From: a virus
Reading direction: 5' to 3' (one strand)
IMG/VR virus record: IMGVR_UViG_3300023099_000001
Location: 1 to 61,180 of that record
DNA length: 61,180 bases
The translations under genes were made by a program, and so were the position numbers. Shown here in pieces: positions 57,638-61,180 of the stretch. The notes beneath the pieces are model-generated. The model made no database searches. It was given only the letters and a program-made list of their open reading frames with translations, and was not told the origin of the DNA. The number at the start of each line of letters is the position of its first letter. Position 1 is the first letter of the stretch.

Positions 57638-58561
57638 TTACTTAGCGCCGATGAACGGCGTTGAACCATCCGGCACCACATAAACGGTACCTTCACCAAG
57701 TGAATCGATGTACTTCTGCTGAAGCAGGAGCGGAGTCAAAGAATCATTGATTAGGCGGTTAGCTTCAGCCTGCGCTGTCGCGGTTGCCACAAGCTGCTGC
57801 GCTTCAATTTCTTTAGCGCGCAACTCAGCTTCCTGCTTCAGAACATTCTGGTTAGAAACCTCAACAGCCTTCAAAGCCTCTTCAACAGCTTCAGGATAGG
57901 TTACCATCTGAATGTTCACAAAGTCAACAGCCACACCCAGCGGCTTCAACTTAGCATTGAGAAGATCGAGCATTGATTCTGCTGCTTCGGCACGCTTGTC
58001 ACCACGGAATTCAACAGCCGTGTAGTCGGACGGAACCTGACGAATAATTGACAAAACGGTCTTCTCAATTACCTGCTTCGTGAAACGTTCCTGTGACTTG
58101 TACTTCTCGTACAGGGACACAACCTTGTCAGCGTCAAGGCTGTATGTTACGGAAATGTCAATGTCGGCCTGCGTGCTGCCACCATTGATACCACCAACAG
58201 CCGTTGTCACTTCATAACCGCTCACAGTACCGCCTGTGTAGGCTGGCTGCCCGTCACCGTTACCGGCATAAACCAGTTCCTGTGAGAACAAGTCGTAATC
58301 GATAACGTCCTGCCACGGTGCCTTCCAGCCAGAACCGGGAGTCAATCGCGGCTCACCAGCTAGCGTACCATCAACATTCACGAACACTTTAGCCTCACCG
58401 ACACTGTTGGTGTAGTACGAGCTTGAAATCAACACAATACCACCAGCAACCGCTGCGACGATAGCAATAATGACCGGAAAGAATTCCCTAACCATGACTG
58501 CTGCAATAATTGCGATCAGTGCGATAACGAACAGCACAATCGCGATAACAAAAGCTACCAT
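57638..58561 (-). CDS. SPFH/band-7 (prohibitin/stomatin-like) membrane protein
   Basis: Two N-terminal TM helices, an SPFH core, and a C-terminal Ala/Glu coiled coil (EAELRAKEIEAQQLVATATAQAEA). Confidence 0.75.
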   Translation of the reverse strand: MVAFVIAIVLFVIALIAIIAAVMVREFFPVIIAIVAAVAGGIVLISSSYYTNSVGEAKVFVNVDGTLAGEPRLTPGSGWKAPWQDVIDYDLFSQELVYAGNGDGQPAYTGGTVSGYEVTTAVGGINGGSTQADIDISVTYSLDADKVVSLYEKYKSQERFTKQVIEKTVLSIIRQVPSDYTAVEFRGDKRAEAAESMLDLLNAKLKPLGVAVDFVNIQMVTYPEAVEEALKAVEVSNQNVLKQEAELRAKEIEAQQLVATATAQAEANRLINDSLTPLLLQQKYIDSLGEGTVYVVPDGSTPFIGAK

Positions 58562-58587
58562 TTATTTTCCTCTTTTTGTTGGGTTTT

Positions 58588-58872
58588 TTACTCTCGAATC
58601 GAAATTTTTTCCGACCCGAAATTTTCCGCGCGGGGGCCTTGCCAGCTACCGTGCTTAAGTTTTAGTTGCTTGTAATACGAAAGCACAGTAATCAGATCAT
58701 CAATGTCTTGATCTTTTATATATACTTCGCGTCCGCTATCCGGTCTTACGGGATCACTGACACCTACAAATGCTCCACCTGCCGTTTGGGGAACAAAGCG
58801 TAACGTTGGACTTAGGTCATATTCCTGACCCCACACATTATAACAAAAATCGGAATTAGCCTCGTTATACAT
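58588..58872 (-). CDS. small protein, C-terminal D-L-x-x-A-L-x-Y-Y helix family (dispersed copy)
   Basis: ...DQDIDDLITVLSYYKQLKL...; 35 nt identical to 2977-3011. The C-terminal 25 aa run through a conserved intergenic-type motif, so the true stop may be earlier. Confidence 0.55.
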   Translation of the reverse strand: MYNEANSDFCYNVWGQEYDLSPTLRFVPQTAGGAFVGVSDPVRPDSGREVYIKDQDIDDLITVLSYYKQLKLKHGSWQGPRAENFGSEKISIRE

Positions 58873-59828
58873 CAGTAGTTACTCCGGCGCTTTCTAGTGC
58901 GGTTACGCTGGATACGTAAGAACGGACGGCCAACCTTCAAAGGAACTTCGGTAAACCGCTGCTCACGAGTAATCATGCCTGCAATTTCTTTCTCGATTTT
59001 ATCGAAATCGGCATCCAGCTTCGTCAAGTCGTTATCATACGTGTAACCCTGCTCAGTGTCATCAGGAGCGTAAGGCATGTAACCGCCGACATAAATACTG
59101 ATACCATCGTCAGGGTCCGCATAGTTGCTTGCCAAAGAAATGTCATCGTAGTCCACCGCGTCACCGTAACCGAACTCCCACGTAGGAGACTGCTCAGCGA
59201 TCAGCAGGCAAGTGCGGCGCATGAAATCTGGGTGCATAGCCACCGCAAGGTGATTCAAGTCAAACGGGTCTTGATGCTCTTTCACAGTCACCACCACGTT
59301 TGCAGCATCAGTGAACAGCAGGCACCGTACCTGCGTGCGGATACCGTACTGCTCAAGCCAGTCCACCAGACGCAGAATACGCTTCTGCTTGTGAATCATG
59401 TACTCGGCTGTAGTCCACTTTGCGGCAGCCAGATTTACGGTAATGCGGGCGAAAATGCGTGCCGGGTTACCCATGATGCTGTTACCGAAATCTTCGGGGT
59501 CACCTTCCATTGTCTTACCAATGTCAAGGTAATCACCGGTCACATCATAGAACACATCGTTGCCGGGGTTATCGTCCGTGCGCAGCTTGTCGTCTTTCTG
59601 CGAAAACTGGCGAATGCGCCACGGCTCATTCAGAAACACGTTGTGTGCATGTTCCAGTGAATCGAAGATCAGGTATTCCCCATCACCGGGGATGTCGCTT
59701 GCCATTGCACGCGCCGGTCCCCAACCTTCACGGTCGATCAGACGGAACAGCGCGGGGATGCTTTCGGTGGCGACAAACAGCGTACCCTCGTCGTCAGTGT
59801 CAACCATTGTTGCGCGAATTTTAGACAT
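58872..59828 (-). CDS. hypothetical protein (318 aa) adjacent to the AAA+ ATPase
   Basis: ORF track; no motif recognised. Confidence 0.6.
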   Translation of the reverse strand: MSKIRATMVDTDDEGTLFVATESIPALFRLIDREGWGPARAMASDIPGDGEYLIFDSLEHAHNVFLNEPWRIRQFSQKDDKLRTDDNPGNDVFYDVTGDYLDIGKTMEGDPEDFGNSIMGNPARIFARITVNLAAAKWTTAEYMIHKQKRILRLVDWLEQYGIRTQVRCLLFTDAANVVVTVKEHQDPFDLNHLAVAMHPDFMRRTCLLIAEQSPTWEFGYGDAVDYDDISLASNYADPDDGISIYVGGYMPYAPDDTEQGYTYDNDLTKLDADFDKIEKEIAGMITREQRFTEVPLKVGRPFLRIQRNRTRKRRSNY

Positions 59829-59833
59829 GTTGT

Positions 59834-60079
59834 TTAGCTATCCTTTGAAGTCTCGTTTTGTCCAGTGTATAGCTCAGGTGCCGAATACACAACAGCTTTC
59901 ATACGAATTTCTAGAATGATTTTGTCGTGGTGTTCTTGATCTATCACAGATTTATAGTCTCTCATTTTCATGTAAGCGTGAGCCATTGAACCCCAAGAAG
60001 TCCTGCTTAGCAGTCCGTCTTTAAAATTAACCATACGCGGATAAACGCAACTAAACTCATACGTTATTTCTGCGTTCAT
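59834..60079 (-). CDS. small protein, paralog of 60076-60408
   Basis: ITYEFSCVYP...ILEIRMKAVVYSAPELYTGQNE. Confidence 0.55.
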   Translation of the reverse strand: MNAEITYEFSCVYPRMVNFKDGLLSRTSWGSMAHAYMKMRDYKSVIDQEHHDKIILEIRMKAVVYSAPELYTGQNETSKDS

Positions 60080-60408
60080 TTATCCTGCCCTGTGTACTCT
60101 TCCCATTCGGAAACCACAGATACAACGGCTCGGATACGCAGTTTAACAGCATCCCTAAACTCTTGTGTTGCTCGGGGTACTGCCGTGTTTTTAAAGTCAA
60201 GATAACTATTCATAATATCTTGCACTGATCTGGGGCCGTGCCCGCTAGCAGATATTCCTGAAGATTCGGGTGCAAGAGTAACCCATATGTTAGTAGATTT
60301 ATTGGGGTACTCATAGTCACTCGGAACAGTAAGTTCGTACTCGTAAGTCAGTGTATACGCGGGGAGGGCATCAATGCTGGTGCCCTCCCCGTTCTCGTCA
60401 ATATTCAT
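60076..60408 (-). CDS. small protein, paralog of 59834-60079
   Basis: LTYEYELTVP...VKLRIRAVVSVVSEWEEYTGQDK. Confidence 0.55.
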   Translation of the reverse strand: MNIDENGEGTSIDALPAYTLTYEYELTVPSDYEYPNKSTNIWVTLAPESSGISASGHGPRSVQDIMNSYLDFKNTAVPRATQEFRDAVKLRIRAVVSVVSEWEEYTGQDK

Positions 60409-60414
60409 GACTAC

Positions 60415-61180
60415 TTACTCGTTTACTTCGCCCTCAAAAGCGGACACCAAATCGTCAAGATCAGTTTCCTTAGCGACACGCTCACGGCCCGCCTTGCCCT
60501 GCTTAGGAGCACCCTTAGCCCACGTTGCGTTAGCGAGGTTCAGCAGAACCTCACGCTCAGCCTCAGGCATGTTGGCGATAAGAGCCACCTGCACGGCTTC
60601 CTCATACGTCACCCCCGCCTCAAGCAACGTAGCACCACGCAGAGTTGACCGTGGAGAGACAACCGCACGCAATTCAAGCTTGTTGATGGCTTCGTCACGC
60701 ACAGCACGCACAACACGCAACCAACGCTGGCCGTAGGTGGGGCTGATACCAGAAATCGCTTCCTCAATCTGATCGTCAATGTCCCACGTAATAACAGTGA
60801 AGCGGTCAAGCGTTGCCGCGTCAAGCTGGTTACGTCCCACATACTGACGGCTTGCACCGTTACCATACGTGTTCGCGGTCGCTACCATGCGGAAATCGTC
60901 GTGCATCTTCGACATGACACCATTCGGGAAAAACACGTAACCGTTAGACAGGGCCGCGTTCAACCCCACCAGCACGTTAGCGTTACCCGCGTCAGCTTCA
61001 TCAAGGAGAAACACACCACCGTTGACATACGCCTTATAGAAAGCTGTCTCGTGGAAGTGACCCTGCGCATCCTTGTAACCAAAGATGTCGCTCTTCGAAG
61101 TCTGAGAACCGACAGAAATTGCGTAGAAGTCAAGCCCCAACGCAGTAGCCGCATCCTCAGCGCCCTTAGTCTTACCAGTA
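60415..61180 (-). CDS. AAA+ ATPase (MoxR/CobS-like), C-terminal part; same gene as 1-609
   Basis: VFLLDEADAGN (Walker B), sensor/arginine region. The frame stays open to the window end and is identical to 1-127 over the overlap. Confidence 0.85.
   Translation of the reverse strand, partial: TGKTKGAEDAATALGLDFYAISVGSQTSKSDIFGYKDAQGHFHETAFYKAYVNGGVFLLDEADAGNANVLVGLNAALSNGYVFFPNGVMSKMHDDFRMVATANTYGNGASRQYVGRNQLDAATLDRFTVITWDIDDQIEEAISGISPTYGQRWLRVVRAVRDEAINKLELRAVVSPRSTLRGATLLEAGVTYEEAVQVALIANMPEAEREVLLNLANATWAKGAPKQGKAGRERVAKETDLDDLVSAFEGEVNE
61054..61180. repeat. 127-nt exact terminal overlap with 1-127
   Basis: Identical string at both window ends. Confidence 0.95.

Noticed and set aside
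1-61180. CRISPR arrays, integrase/attP, DGR reverse transcriptase, toxin-antitoxin pairs
   Set aside because: No repeat-spacer periodicity was seen. No tyrosine or serine recombinase motifs, no reverse-transcriptase motifs and no obvious TA architecture were seen in any ORF. The only lysogeny-type gene is a lone XRE regulator.

Overview
The window is a complete, circularly assembled phage genome. Its last 127 nt (61054-61180) repeat its first 127 nt exactly, so the unique length is about 61,053 bp. GC content looks mid-40s percent by eye. A WhiB-like gene suggests an actinobacterial host.

Layout:
- A rightward late arm (14.1-38.4 kb) carries small and large terminase, portal, scaffold, capsid, head-tail connectors, two tail-tube paralogs, frameshifted tail chaperones, tape measure, distal tail genes, a lysis cassette and an HTH-metallophosphoesterase.
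- A rightward array of about 28 tRNA genes follows (38.4-41.7 kb). By hand folding it covers all 20 amino acids.
- A long leftward arm (42.1-61.05 kb, wrapping to 1-13.1 kb) carries replication and recombination genes and dozens of small ORFs. The replication genes are a split family-A DNA polymerase, primase/helicase, SSB-like protein, Sak4-like ATPase, Cas4-like nuclease, RuvC, HNH, SNF2 helicase, WhiB, vWA, SPFH and a MoxR/CobS-like AAA+ ATPase.

Most notable observations:
1. Three hammerhead-ribozyme motifs in the type II permutation lie on the minus strand at 11900-11963, 12833-12887 and 13120-13169. Each sits 17-21 nt upstream of a start codon in one leftward operon. All invariant core nucleotides are present and the stems show compensatory changes between copies.
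2. A 65-nt tRNA-like gene (57560-57624, minus strand) has initiator-like features, but its anticodon loop is replaced by a GNRA-capped 4-bp stem.
3. Several tRNAs are non-canonical: two class-I-shaped tRNAs with UUR-Leu anticodons, four with U53-U61 T arms, and two with defective acceptor stems.
4. PolA is split exactly between motif 2a and motif A by a two-ORF insertion.
5. Small-protein paralog families are expanded.
6. Noncoding regions at 8.9-9.4, 10.8-11.4 and 13.2-14.2 kb are rich in repeats and hairpins.

All calls were made by eye from the sequence and the ORF track. tRNA boundaries are good to about 2 nt. No database search was possible.
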